From Microbotryum violaceum (lineage: Eukaryota), in assembly GCA_001244265.2 (NCBI GenBank), contig CDLV01000012.1:1116001-1180000 (forward strand): a DNA stretch of 64,000 nt, read 5' to 3'. The position numbers were made by a program, and so were the translations under genes. Below, in pieces: positions 1 to 18,403 of this stretch. Each line of letters begins with the position of its first letter. Within the stretch, counting starts at the first letter, position 1. The notes beneath the pieces were generated by a model. That model saw nothing but the letters and a program-made list of their open reading frames with translations. It was not told the origin of the DNA and did not search any database.

Positions 1-502
1 TCGATCGCAGTGTCTGAATCCTCAACGACACGGCCTGCAACTGCGTCTTCATGCCATAAAATTTGGAAATGTACTTCCTCGTCCGGACCAAATCCTTGGC
101 CATCACTTTGCACGCGTTCTGTTGAAAGGCCCGTTCCCCGAAGAAATTCAGTTTCAAAGGCTAGAGTTGCCCCGGCTGGGAGAGGGGCGTACGATTTGGC
201 CCTTGCGTGCGGAGGTTTTGATGTCATTGACGAGCTTCTTCTCTTGAGCTTCGAGTTTGGTGCGTTCTCGATCGAGTTCACGTTGCGCTTTTTGCAGGGA
301 ACGTTGATGTTGTCTACCGGGGCGCCGGGGCGGGGTTTGAGCGGGTCGTCAGTCAGCCTCGATGTGTGTGGTGTGGGTGTGGGGGGGGGGGGGGAAAGGG
401 GAGAAGGCCAAGACGGAGGCCAGGGCGGCTGATCGGGCGTACGTACCTTAGCCTTTCTGCGGGTGTCTTGGAGCGACCAAAGAGTGATTCCACGAGGTTC
501 AT
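1..502 (-). CDS. DID4: ESCRT-III subunit Vps2/Did4 (CHMP2A), 5' part; truncated by the window edge
   Basis: Spliced: MNLVESLFGRSKTPAERLR|QHQRSLQKAQRELDRERTKLEAQEKKLVNDIKTSARKGQI|NACKVMAKDLVRTRKYISKFYGMKTQLQAVSLRIQTLRS. This is the typical CHMP2A N-terminus; GT-AG introns keep the frame. Confidence 0.93.
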
Positions 503-757
503 ATTGGATGGGTGGGGTGGGTAATGAGGTGGGGAGGGAAGCGGAAAGGTAAACTGGGGCTATCCGGTGAGGGGCCGGGGCTGATACGATTGGCGATGAC
601 GAGCTGCTAGCACGAACGGGGCACGCCGATCCGAGCGGCGATTTGATGGCGGAGGGCAGCGGTCAACTGATAAGTGGTGACTGAGCAGACGAAGCGCTAG
701 GCGTGCGTTTTGGGTCACAAGCCAAGCCGGGCTCTCCTAGTACAGCGCAGTATAATT

Positions 758-829
758 ACTCGCGGGGACTCGCGGTACACTCGCGGTATAACTCTCGCGG
801 TATAACTCTCGCGGTATAACTCTCGCGGT
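758..829. repeat. Tandem 14-mer (ATAACTCTCGCGGT) x3 plus degenerate ACTCGCGG copies in the DID4/VPS29 divergent intergenic region
   Basis: Directly visible: actcgcggggactcgcggtacactcgcggtataactctcgcggtataactctcgcggtataactctcgcggt. Confidence 0.9.
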
Positions 830-1019
830 GACGCTCCACTCAGCTCCACTCGTCCGCCTCATCCTCGCGTCGACTCATCCCATCTTTGGCCTCCCCATCC
901 CATCTTTGACCTCAGTCATCCACCTCGCCTCCACGACCAAAAACACCCCACCAGTTCATATCCTCATTCAGACACGTAGTCGTCCCACTCGACCCACCCA
1001 CTCATCTCACTCGGTCATC

Positions 1020-2227
1020 ATGGTGCTCGTGCTCGTACTCGGTGACATTCACATCCCCATCCGTACCCACGACCTCCCCGCAAAGTTCAAGAAACTACTC
1101 GTGAGTAAGACACCTTCACGCCTGTGCTCAGCCTCGCACTGATGCATCGTCCCCTCTGCCTTTTACCGTCTCTGTTCCCTCCCCCACACGTGTGTGATCA
1201 ACCCTCTGCGCCTTCAATAACCATCCACTTGCCACCGCACCCAACAGGTCCCGGGCAAGATCCAACAGATTCTTTGTACAGGCAATGTGTGCGATAAAGA
1301 AACATGGGAATACCTCCGTAGCGTCGCACCTGACTTGCGAGGCGTACGCGGCGAATACGATGAGGTACGCTTCTCCCTTACCCTTATCCCCACCCTCTGA
1401 CCCATAGACTGATTGCCCCCTCCCTCGATGAACCCATTCAGAACCCTGCTCTCCCCCTTCAATGGTCCTCCAACACGGGCCCTTACGGATAGGCGTCTTG
1501 CACGGCCATCAAGTCGTCCCCCTCGGCGATACCGAAGCGCTCAGTGCGATCGCGAGGAAACTCGATGTTGATGTTCTCATCTCGGGTGCGACCCATCGGT
1601 AGGCTTTGATTCTCATCTGGCAGGCACACAGAAATTCCCGCAGAATCGTCGATCGGGCTAACTCGCTTTCTTCCGCACCTGACCTGCAGATTCGAAGCGT
1701 TCGAATATGATGGCCGGTTCTTCATCAACCCGGGATCGGCGACCGGCGCTTTTTCCCCTCATTGGACACCACCGGCTACGACACCACCGACGACGATCAA
1801 CCAGCCTTCTACCTCTTCGACAACCGGCGTCGAGTCTACTACCTCCTCGACCACCTCCACTTTGAGCACAGGAACCAAGACTGCGGAAGAAGGAAGACCC
1901 GGCTCCGAAGCAACTGCTGCAGGAACGACAGATCCCAAAGCAGAGGGGAAAAGGAACGGTGCAGGAGAAGAAGAAGAAGCAGAAACGGAGCAAGATCAAT
2001 TCGTGGAACCGCCTTCGCCGACACCTTCGTTCGCCTTGTTGGATATTCAAGGCAATGTCGTCGTCACGTTAGTTTCACGGGGCTCGGAGGAGAAAGTGTT
2101 CAAGGGTGGAGATACTAACGTTTTTGTTTGTTTTCTGTTTCGGTTGGGGCTCTTGGGGAACAGATACGTGTATCAGCTTGTGGAAGGTGAGGTCAGGGTC
2201 GAGAAGATTGAACATCGCAAGGCGTAG
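1020..2227 (+). CDS. VPS29: Retromer subunit Vps29 (metallophosphoesterase fold), 5 exons
   Basis: [44 protein letters not shown]|..[51 protein letters not shown]..|[20 protein letters not shown]. Confidence 0.96.
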
Positions 2228-2870
2228 GAAAGACGATCTGTGTTTCGAGATTGAACCTCCTTTTCGGACGACGAGGGATACCAGGCGCTCGGACTTGGAT
2301 TTGAGATGGGCAGGTTTTCTATGTAGACTTTGGGTTCTTTTGAGGTAGAGAGGGAATGAAAAATGTGTTCCTGGGCACCGGCAAATAAGGCGGACGCCTC
2401 GGCACGAATATTCTGAGCTCTTCGCAATCTCGGCCCGACGACCGCGGCCCACGGCGCTATCGGTCGGAAGCGAGATTCGGAAACTTCCCGGGAAGATCAT
2501 CAGGGTGCATACAGCGGTCAGACAGGTGTTTACTTTTGCGGAGAAATTTCCTGCATATCAGAGATCACCTCATCTCGGGGTCCGCTCTCCTGATTCTATT
2601 TGCTAGAGCGTCTTGAGAGGAAAAACCCGATCACTACTCGAAGGGGCGATCGATGACGAGCTTGGAGTCTGGGGAGTTTTTTTGACTCACTTTGCTCTTC
2701 GACGGACGGAGCCGACCGAGAGACGTTCCTCGTTCGCAGACGTTCCTCGTTCGCAGCGCCCCAAACCCAAGTCACCTGTACTAGGATCCGACACATCAAT
2801 ACTGCTTTCTACATCCCCCAGACCCTTCTTGGACCCCTGTGGCGCGGATTGAGTATCCCCCTTTTCTACA

Positions 2871-4843
2871 ATGGCGTCAACCTCGACTTTACCCCCTCCT
2901 CAGCCCTCATCGTCGTTACCCAAGCCCAAGCTGAGTAACCTCGTCGATAAGCCATGGGTCATTCAAAAGTATGGCGGTACCAGTTTGGGCAAGTTCATCG
3001 ATAACATCACGATGCAGATCATCCCGTAAGTGCTCGGACTGTCCCGGACCCGAGACTCCTCGTCCGTTCCGCGGGCTGATCGTGCTGAGCTCACCTCTGC
3101 GCCGTTTCGACGTTTTGCAGATCCTACATCGAATCCGGGAATCGAGTCGCCGTCGTCTGTTCTGCACGATCTGGCGAATCCAAATCAACGGGAACGACGA
3201 ATCTCCTCCTCCGAGCAGCGTTGGAAGCGCTTCGACCCCGAGCACCGGACATGTCTTCCTCGATCCCTTCTCTCCCTCCTACACCGGCACCGGGCACACC
3301 GGGCATCGCTTCCTCGGACCGTATCAACCCTTTGACGTCCCAGATCTTTCAAAGAAGTTCTTCGAACGCCAGTAGTCCCTCACCTGCTTCGAAAAACAAC
3401 ACCCATACCCGGTCGGGTGTCTCGACACCTCATTCGACACGGTCCAATTCCCTGGTCGCTTCGATCTCCTCTTTACGCGTTCGCGATATCGACGAAGGAC
3501 CCCAATTGTTCCACGGTACGGTCGACCAAATCAAAGAAGACCACCTCAAGGCCGCACGGAGTTTCATCAAGGATCCGCAAATCTTGGCCGAGCTCGAGGA
3601 TGATCTCGATTATGATTGCGAGAGGTTGAGGAGTTTCCTTCTTGCCGCTCAGATCATTGATGAGATTTCTTCAAGGAGCAAGGATATCATCATGGGCGTC
3701 GGGGAGAGGTTGTCGTGTCGCATTGTGGTGGCCGTGCTCAATGATCGAGGTGTAGAGGCCGAACTGGTTTCGTTGGAGAATATCGTTGAAGGTTCGGCAC
3801 AGGACGATGAAGAAGCCAAGGGGGAGTCGAAACAACTCAGTCAGCCGTTCTACGACCGCCTTTCGAAACGCCTGGGCGAACGACTGAACGAATGCGGTGA
3901 TCGAGTCCCCGTCGTCACCGGTTTCTTCGGTGTCGTCCCCGGTTCCTTGTTGGCCCAGGTCGGTCGAGGGTATTCCGATCTCTGTGCCGCGCTTTGCGCC
4001 GTCGGTGTCGGCGCGTCCGAACTTCAAGTATGGAAAGAAGTCGACGGCATCTTTACCGCAGATCCTAGGAAAGTACCCACGGCGCGACTACTCTCGACGA
4101 TTACGCCAGAAGAAGCCGCCGAATTGACCTACTATGGATCCGAAGTCATCCACCCCTTCACCATGGAACAAGTCATCCGAGCTTCGATTCCTATTCGAAT
4201 CAAGAACGTTGAAAACCCTTCGGGATCAGGGACGATCATCTTCCCCGATTTGAGCTCGACGAATTCGGATGAAGGGTCCGATTCGGAAGATCCTTCGACC
4301 GATTTCACCACCACGACGTCTACCTCACCTCTCGTGATCCCTCCTCGTAGGGGTCCTACGGCGATCACGATCAAGGATGACATTCTCGTTTTATCTATCC
4401 GATCGAATCGAAAAACGATCTCGCACGGTTTCTTCGCGAGGATCTTTGGGACCTTGGACAAGTACGGTGTGATTGTCGATTTGATTTCCACGTCCGAAGT
4501 GCACGTGTCTATGGCGATTAACGGATCGATCCGAGGACCGGTTTTGGATCGCATGACGAAAGAGTTAAAAGTCGTGGGGGAGGTCATCGTCAATCGGGAT
4601 ATGTGCATCCTCTCCCTTGTAGGAAAACATATGAAGAACATGGTCGGTATCGCAGGGAAAATGTTCTCTACTTTGGCGGAGGGGAATATCAATATCGAGA
4701 TGATCTCGCAGGGCGCGAGTGAGATCAATATTTCGAGTGTGATTGATGGCAGGGATGCGGTCAAGGCGTTGAATTTGGTGCATCACAAGTTGTTGAGTCA
4801 GGGCGCGACGTCGGTGAGGGCTATGGGACCTTGGATGGTATGA
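2871..4843 (+). CDS. HOM3: Aspartate kinase with C-terminal ACT domains
   Basis: Exon 1 has WVIQKYGGTSLGK; intron at about 3026-3120; then VVCSARS, GRGYSDLCAAL, WKEVDGIFTADPRKV, ELTYYGSEVIHP, INIEMISQGASEINIS. Confidence 0.96.
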
Positions 4844-5074
4844 AGGAGAGAAGAGAGGAAAAGCAATTCTGTTGATCGCATGTCTTCGGCGTTGGGTTGG
4901 TTTCTCCTTGCGCTCTAGACTTGCCATGTATACTCGAACATTCAGATCACCGCAGAAAAGTTGAGTCGGGAGAGAGTGGTTCAGCGAGGAAAGGAACGAC
5001 TGCCTCTCAAAAGTCCTCACGGCTTTGCGTATTACCTTCTGTCTTATGGTCTAGTTATGCGATGATTTGTCTAT

Positions 5075-7536
5075 CTACAACTCGCTTTTACCCGCCGACC
5101 TCCCCGTTTCCTCCTTCTCCAAAACCGGTTTGACCTCCTCCCTCTCCTCCAACTCTTTTCCTATCCGTACATCCTCCTTCCCTTCCTTAACCTGTCCCCT
5201 CGCTCTCCCCACCCCTTTCACCCCCGCTTTCACCGGCTTTTCCTCCTCCTGTTTCCCCTCCTCCGCCCTCTTCTCGACCCTTTCCCTCTCCTCGAAACTC
5301 CTCTCATTCCACAACCCTCTAAACTTCTCCACTACCGCCAAACTCTCACTCAACCGATGCAAAGTATTCACAAACGCTACGACCTCACTCCTCGAAAGAT
5401 CAACTTGGTTCGTTGTTGTTGTTGTTGGTTCTTGGGCTGAAAAGAGAAGTTTCAACGCCGTTCCCAAACCGGTGATTTGAAGTTTACCCCAGAGACGACA
5501 CTTGTCACAGCCTACGCAATCCATAATTCGGGAAACGTTACGGAAGTGAGCTTTGAATTCACTTTTGAGTACCTTGATGAGTTCGACGTGATCCAATCCC
5601 CAGCAACAAGAAAGAAAGAAAAAATCAAAGAAAAATCAGTCCGGTTCCGTGTTTCTGCGATCGATTCGAAAAAAACACCACTGCTCGTAAACTAACCTCC
5701 GCCTCTACGCCCGTAAACATTGAACCTTCATCGAACGTAGTCGGACAACCCGTCGCACTCTTGATTAAACCCTTCATCCTACCGATCGTAGCCGGTTCAG
5801 CCTCCGTATTCTTCAAAGTGTCCAAAAGCAAAGGTCCCGATTTAGAAAGGGCGCGTAGTAAGAGGACGTAGGTGAAGTAAACGTTTTGAAGTCGTTCGGG
5901 ATGTTGAGCGATGCGGGTGACGAAACATTGTAAATTGGGGGCCTGGGGAGGGGATTGGGAAGAAGTGAGTACGGGGTAGGGGGAAGGGAAGAGGAGAGGG
6001 GTTCAGTGCTTCGACTTACCCATTGGCCGGTTGATTTATCGAGATAATCATCGCAGATATGAATCGAAATCGAGGCATGAAGACCTGTAAGGAATCCGAA
6101 CAGATGAGTACGACGCAAGGATCGACAGTCAAAGGAAGGCACTTCAACGGCGGGTCAACTTACCTGAAATGACCCTATAAAATACCCTCTTCTCCAAACA
6201 TGTCTCATCACCGCCATCCCTGGGACCCGCCAACGACCCGAAGAACTTTTTCTCATTCTCTCCCCATCCACCACCGCCACTCGAACCCATCGACAGACTA
6301 GGTAAGCCCATCATTGCCCCTGCTTGTAAAGAAGTGGAGGGAAGAGAGGCAAAGCCCGACCCTCCTTCTGATTCGGGTCGGGAAGGGTCTATGAAAGTAA
6401 CGGGCGTGAAGCAATTTTCTTCGTAGATCGCTTTCCAAACGCGGGAAGAAGAAGGGCCGGCGTATCCTGTGAAACGCTCGGGATTGTCGAGTAGATCGAC
6501 GTAGACGCCTTCTGTAGGGTCCGAAAAAATAATAAGAAAATGTTGAGCTCGTCGGTCTCATTTTTGGGACCGATTCGGGGAACACACCTGAATCGAATCC
6601 ATCCTCGAGAACGCAGAAGTCGGATTCCTTGACGAGGGAACCTCCTTCGACCGAGGCCTGGGGGTTGAGCGGAAGCCGAGCGAACGTGGGGGTAAGAGAC
6701 GGTCAGGGGTACGATGGGGGACATATCGAACGATGGAAGGCGACGTACAGGAGATGATGCGTTCAATCTCAACGCGCCGAGTTTTGATGGTCTCCACTTT
6801 TCTGGAATGTTGGGCTGCAGAGGATCCTCGCATGGGGTCAGCTTGTTCTTGTTTGGAAAACGTCCCGAGCCGAGGGGTCGGCCACGACAACCGGAGTGCG
6901 ATGGTCACGTGGGCTGGTCGTTCCACGAGTGGGATGGGATGCCACGTACCTCGTCTGTTGTCTCTACACCGCAAGCTCTGTTTATACAACTGCCATCCTC
7001 TTGCCAAAACGGGCATTCCCGATAAAGATCGACCTATCGTCGTGGCCAAGACGGACGATGATCGACGTGGGAATAGGGGGAAGGGTCAGCGATCGTCACG
7101 AGCCGAGGGACGAGCTGACTAATCAGAGCAAGAGCTGGGAACGTACTTTGTGGTAGCGGAAATAAGGTGTGGATACGATATCGTGTAGACTGCTGTACAG
7201 GTCGTCGTTGACGGATTCGACCGTTTCGAAATCACAGCATGCATCGTCGATCAAGCCAGAAGGCTGCGAGAGGAAGCGAGGCGCGACGCGGCGCGTGTCA
7301 GCGCTTGACAGGTCGAAGAGCGGGGGAAACTTGGGGCATCACACTTAACCTACCTTGCAATACTTTTGATCGACGTCTTTTGATTCCAACACGTTCTCTA
7401 GGAAGCCGGAGCGAGGTCGATCGAGGGTCGAGAGCGCGTTGACGACCAGAATCACGGTCGAAGTGGCGAAAGTGCACCACAGTAACCGCGGCCACGACCA
7501 CCACGCAGCCCGTGACGAGGCTAGTAGACCGACCAT
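5075..7536 (-). CDS. ERO1: ER oxidoreductin Ero1, multi-exon
   Basis: Hydrophobic N-terminus, then [47 protein letters not shown], and [35 protein letters not shown] (CxxCxxC active-site motif). Confidence 0.95.
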
Positions 7537-8078
7537 CGTGGTCGTACGCCGTTCTGTGCGTCGACCTAGCTCGTCTATGTCGAAAGCCAGTAACGACAAG
7601 AGGTGCGCAACGGGCCGTCACACGAGATGACGTGTCGGAAACCAGCTCGCGCTCGAGTGGTCGGGGTCGTCGTCGTCGGTGATCAGGACAAAAAGTGCAC
7701 GGACGCGGGCGATCTAATCCGTAAATGCTGCGCTAATAGACGCGGGTCATATTTCATATTAGCGCATTATTATTAGCGATCGATGCGTCTCTCGCCGACA
7801 CAGGTGGCGCGGTTGCCAAAGGCGACCAACGGGCGCGCCGAGCAGATCGGCAGGTCCACACCCCAAAGGCGCCTCATACTACTAAGGCTGTTCTGCTGCT
7901 CCCCCCACCCAAAGGAAAGAGGCACCGCTGCTGCTCCCGCTCCATCTCCACGACGACGTCCTCGTTCCAGTTCGCCTCCACCGCGATACGCCGCACGCGC
8001 TGCCTTCTTGGATCATCGTCTCGTCTGTTGGGCTCGCGCTCTCCTTCACCTTACCTCGCCTTGCAGTCGTCGATCAGA

Positions 8079-11305
<3,227 letters not shown>

Positions 11306-11433
11306 TAGATGCGTGTGATCCGTAACAGACTCGGGGTTCTATATTTCTTCTTTGAATAATGCTACGCAATGCAATTGTGCCCGACGGCGAATACAAAGGA
11401 TACAACAAGCTACTGAGTTTAAAGCTATTCAGT

Positions 11434-14355
11434 CTATGATGCAGAGGACCAAACTTGCCACCCATCGGCATCGGTCGCGGCTTCCAACTCGTCATCATCC
11501 GGCTGCTCTCGCGAATAACCGACGGCCGGTTCAAGCTTGGGATCGTCGTCGTCGTCGTCATCTCCTTCTTCACCCTCTTCGTCCTCATCGTCGTCTTCTA
11601 GCTTTATCGTCTCGATCCCCGATTTCTTGAGCTTCTTCGCGGCCGCCGTCGATGATGGGCCTGATTTCCTCTTCCCGCCCTTACTGGTTAAAGTCCCCTT
11701 CTTGCCGTCTTTGCGCACGTCAAGAACGATGCTGATAGGCAAATCTTCACCTTGGGACTGCGAGATCTGCTGGGGCGTGAACCGTGTGAATCTCGTCGCC
11801 AAGGGTCGAGGACGCAGGTACGAAGTTGTGGTGTAACCAGCTGCAGTGGTGACGGTACATGAAAACGACAAAGTCAGCTCGTCTTCCCCTACGACCAGCT
11901 TTTGCGATACCACTCACTCGTATGAAAATGTTCCGACAAATACCCTTCGATCATCAACCTAACCAACAATTGTTCCGTCTGATCCTTGTTGAGCCCAACC
12001 TTTCCCCCCGCAACGCTATCGACATCGATATTAGTTTTGCCCTTGTTGACTTTACCCCTTGTATCGTTTGACGTCGTCGTGATCGCACCTTTCCCAAGAC
12101 CTCGGACAAGATCGCACGCCTGGGTAAGGGTCAGGGTCCCGCTTGCGGCATCGGCGGCGGACATGATTCGCAGTGCACGATAGGCTTCCAACGATACGTC
12201 GACGGATTCGACGGTAGATGGATCGCGGAGACACTGCGATGTTATGACAGAGTCATTGGTCATTTCGTACACTAACTGCAAGATTCGGCCTGACTCACGT
12301 TGTCACAATTGCCACACGGGCGATCGGCATCTGGACCTTCATCGAATCGAGCGGCCGTCTTGTTCGACGCCTGAGCACCACCATCAAAGCTTTTGGCGAA
12401 CGCGAGCTTGCGACAGGTCTTGAGGTCTTCCGCGTACTGAATCATCTCGTACAATCGCTCTTTGCCTCCACTTCGAAACTCGTCGACGATCAAGGTCGAC
12501 AACCTCGAAGCGTCCGCAGCTCGCCAAAACAAAATGCAATCTGCGGAATTCCCGTCCCTGCCTGCCCTCCCCGCTTCTTGCGATAACGAGCTCATCGACT
12601 TGGGTGGCGAATGATGAATGACGAAACGAACGGAAGGGTTATCGATTCCGAGACCAAAGGACGCACTCGTCGCGACGACTACTTTGATCTGGCCCTTGCG
12701 CCATCGATCATAGACCCTTAACTTTTCGCCATCGTCCAGGCCGGCATGGTAGATCGCGGCGCGGATCTGACCCTTGCTCAGCTCGTGGAGCGCCTTGGTC
12801 ACGTTCTCGGTGTCGTTGCGCGAGAGGCAGTAGACGATACCGATATCGTTGGAATGTGACGTCAGGATTTCGTCGACGATCGCTTGGGTCTGGGCCGCGG
12901 CCGATGGGGGCTTGGGCACCACACTGAAGCGCAGATTCGGTCGGAACAACGGCGATGTGAACATCACGGTCGTGTTCGGTTGAGCGGCATTACCGGGGCT
13001 GGTTCGGGAAGGAAGTGTGAGGGTCTTGATCATATCCGCAACGACATGTGGGGGAGCAGTCGCCGTCGTCGCTGTGATCGGGGTCGTAGGGAACAGGGCC
13101 TTGAGACGCTTGAGCGCCAAATACGACGGTCGATAGTCCATCCCCATCGTCGAGACACAATGCGCTTCGTCGATAACGAAGCGGACGATTAACCCAGCAT
13201 CGTACATCTTGGACAAAGTGTTGACGAACGTCTTGGACTTGTCGATGCGTTCGGGCGTGACGTAAACGAGCTTGATGAGGTCCTTATCCTCGAGCTCAGA
13301 ATCTTGAAGTTCCGCTTTAGCCTTGCCCTTCTTGTTAGTCGAGGCAGCCTGACTGTTGCCAACGAGTCGCTTCATGATCCATCGCTGATCTTCGCTCGTC
13401 GTCGAAGCGTTGAGCATCTCGGCGCTGACACCGAGCTCGCGCAAGTTGAAGCATTGGTCGTCCATGAGACTGATGAGAGGGGTGATGACGACCGTCGTTC
13501 CTCGACTGGCCATAATAGCCGGCAGCTGGTACGTCAACGACTTGCCCCCACCGGTCGGCATGATGCACACGATGTCGCGGCCCGCAAATCCAGCATTAAT
13601 GACGGCTTCTTGCGAATGTCGAAAACTCTCGATGCCAAAGACTTGTCTCGCGGTAGCGCGAACCCGCTTGGACCATTCGAAATCGGAATGCGTGTAGTCG
13701 GTCACGCCGGCTTCACGACCGAGTTGGCGATTTTGCAAGGTTTCGCCATTCGAGTACGACGAGATTTGGGTGTTCTTGGCGTCGAGTTTGCGTCTTAGAG
13801 CGTCGTGATCGCGTTGGATGACCCTACGTAGCTCCTTGAGCTTGCTCAACTGCGAATCGATCGATTCAAGTTCGCCTTCAAGCTGCGCCAGAGTGACGTA
13901 TCCGATGGTGAGCCACTGGGCACGCGCGGAACCTGATCCTATGAAGGGTGCATGAGGGTATAGCGTACCTTCTTTATAGCTTCTTCTTCGTCACCGTCAT
14001 CCTGGTCGTTCCCAATTGGATGCCCCTGTACTACCCCGATGCTCGAAGGGTCCAGCAAGGCGCGAGGTGGGGCGCCAATCTCCTCCATCTCCTCGTCTAG
14101 TGTATCCTCTTCGTCGTCATCGTCGTCATCCGACAGTATCGTGATCGCTTGTTGCTTTCGATGTCCATTTTGAGCTGCAGATGTTGATGTCGGAGGAAGA
14201 TCACGAAGCCTCTTCGCAGCGTTGCTCGAGGACCCGCTCGCTCGCCGGTTCGCAGCCTCGGTAGCTAATACAGCGGCAGCAGATCGAAAGGTCGTCGTTG
14301 GTCGCGCGCGCTGGGTATCAACGCTCGGAGCTGGAGCGTATCTAAAGTTGCTCAT
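11434..14355 (-). CDS. RecQ-family DNA helicase (RECQL1-like: helicase core + Zn-binding/RQC region, no HRDC seen)
   Basis: MPTGGGKSLTYQLPA, YVTPERI, IDEAHC, FRPNL, GIVYC, YHAGL, QEAGRAGRDG, CR..PCGNCDN; later exons at 11889-12235 and 11434-11840. The start codon is approximate. Confidence 0.92.
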
Positions 14356-15167
14356 GCCCACAGCGCCATGAGGACGGATGAGGCAGGAGACTGAATGCCG
14401 CGTCGAGGCGCGTCGAGCTTGGACCTACGACACCTGGCGCCGGGCGGTACTCCGACGGTGGCTCCGTCCGAGACTAGCGGCTCCCAGGAAATGATCGATC
14501 GGCTCACTTATGACTTCCCAATCTAGCGAAATTCCAGTCGTGAAAAGTTTTGGCGCGCGCGAATATGGTCAGTCACTTCATGAAGTGTACTGTGCTACTA
14601 CTGCGCTTCGACCCAGTCGCCGGACACTGACTCGGAGAATTGTGCTGGCACTACAAGCAGTCGACCCCCCACCCACTCGCGAAAAGAGCTCAGAGATATT
14701 GCATCTGTGCGCAGCCAAGTTGCCCCCGTGGGAAGTTTGTCTGCCATCAAATTGTTCGAGTGAAATGGCGTGCCGCTTTCAGCAATACCATTCCTTACGT
14801 CACCCTACATTCTCTACTCCCTTAACGGCAAGGAACCCCGCCGGACTCCCACGAGGAGGTCCGAGCGGCGACCAAGCTCCCCAACACACTTTGCACCTTT
14901 CCGGGGGGAAGGGGACCCACGCTCCTTCGACCTCGATAGTGAATATGAAAGGTGACCGAACTCTGCAGAAAATAGTAAGATCTTTCCATGCCTTGGTACA
15001 TGCAATGGGAAGACGGGCTCCGGGCGGCCGTCGTCGCACGTGAAAGTTCGCCGCGCGACGATCGGCTGTGAGCGTGACTTTAATGCGCGCTGCCCCAGCG
15101 CCTGCCTGGCTCTCGACCGTCGTCTCTCTGCCATCGGACCCCACCCACCACAAGAGCAGCCGCCAAG

Positions 15168-16612
<1,445 letters not shown>

Positions 16613-17127
16613 GCGAATGAGGATTGTCATCTACTCTCTACCTACCACCGAAATACTACCGACACCCACTACCCTCGCTACCTTGCCGACTCGTCTCTCT
16701 ACGCCATGGAATACCATCTTCTGAACCCCGCCCCGCCCCTTTTGGGCTCCATGCGTCGTCATCCGGGATCAAATCCCCATCTCATGAACCCCTCAACTCG
16801 ACCTTCTTGCACGAACCCATCCCCACCACTACCACCACCACCACCACCTTGTTTAGCCCCCCTCCCCCTAACTTTTCTTCCCGATCTTTTGTTTAGTATT
16901 TTGATGAAGAGAGAGAAAGAAAAATGCGATGATTACAATACACCCTTTACCCCAAAAGGCGAGGGAAGAACACCGACAAAAACAAACGTGGGAGCGGGGA
17001 AGTGAAGTAAAAAGCTAGGAACGACGTGCCGAATGGGATGGTCTAACCGGAGCGCGACGAGCTAGAGATGATGTACAAGATGGGACAATGAGGGATCAAA
17101 AGCTCCGATCGATGTCACGTTCGCAGT

Positions 17128-18403
17128 TTAGACGAGAAGCACGGCGTTGACGCAACCGTCCAATTCGGGGTTGTTGGTGATTTGTGCCTTTATTGAGCAA
17201 GGTGAATCGCTATTAGTGATGTTGCTTTCGAGAGCTACGGTTACTTGGAAAGTCTGAATAGGCTTACGTATTTACCCCAAACAACTTTACCGCCAGTACT
17301 GTTGAAAACGACCAAAGGACTCTCGTCAGATTCTTGGTTTAAGCCGAGCATTGCTGTAACTTACGTGACGAGACCCAATTCCGAGACGTTGACTTCGATG
17401 ACGGTACCTTTTGTCAGAACACCCAATTGCGTGTACTGTGAACGGAGAATACGACAAGGAAAGGGTCAGATACTTCCCAAAGACGTTTTGGAAATCTCTG
17501 CGTGTTTTGCGGCAGCACTAACCATCGGTGATTGGGGGTTCTTCTTGACGCCAATAATGGGCAGTTGGAACGTAGCTTTCAGTTCGGCTGTGAGAAGGGT
17601 GAGATGGAGGCGTAAGCAATGTGGGTTAGGATTGCCGAGTGTTTCTGCTTCCGAAGCAGAAACTGACGATGAGTGACGTTGGCCTTCTTGACTCGGAGCG
17701 CGGAAGGTCGGATGAAGCGTTCCAACTTGGGCGGTTTTCGGGTAAAGTCCTGTAAACAGAAGGCCAACCGATCAGCTCGAACACGACTTTTACTTTTGCT
17801 CGATTTGGCTTACCTCGCCCACAAAGGTGGCCTTGGTGACCATCCTCTTCCACCCCTTCCTCTTGGTCTTTCCCGTCTTGACGACCTTGAACATCTCATC
17901 CTCTGCAATACCCCTGACCTTGGGCAGCGGGACGGCGAATTTACCAGCTTTCTCCTTCCTCTTCTGCTTCACCGCCGAACTCAACGCCTTGGCATCATTC
18001 TGTCCTTCCCGATCCAACAAATAAGTCGGCAAAGCCCCTTCAGGCATGACGTCCTTGTCCTTCGTTTTAACGTCCCTCTCTTCGTGAGCTTTGATCGTCT
18101 TCTTCATTTGAACCTTTTCGGCGTAACGACGGGCATGGAGAAGTTTGGCCTTGTGGCCGTGTAAGGTTTGCGCCATTTGGGATTGCTTGTGCGCTTGACG
18201 AGCCGTCTTTTTACGAGTACGTTCTTCGTGATCCATTCGACGACCATTGCGCTGTTTGAACCGGCGGAGTGGGAGGTGGTTCGGCGATGGGAGTCGGGTG
18301 ACGAAGCAGCTAGAGGTGTCAGTACACGAACTATGACCATATGAATGCAACGGGAGCCGGGACTGACTCGAATGGACTCTTCAATATACTCGTTCTGAGG
18401 CAT
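17128..18403 (-). CDS. NSA2: Ribosome biogenesis protein Nsa2
   Basis: [71 protein letters not shown]. Confidence 0.97.

Noticed and set aside
758-829. Short direct-repeat arrays as CRISPR
   Set aside because: Units abut with no unique spacers, there are no cas genes, and the context is eukaryotic.
3240-3480. Ser/Pro-rich insert in aspartate kinase
   Set aside because: Low-complexity inserts at this position are ordinary in fungal Hom3 proteins.
14828-14935. GC-rich stem-loops in the RecQ/CBR1 intergenic region as SRP, RNase P or MRP RNA
   Set aside because: An imperfect hairpin exists, but the conserved motifs of these RNAs do not match; chance folding is expected at this GC content.
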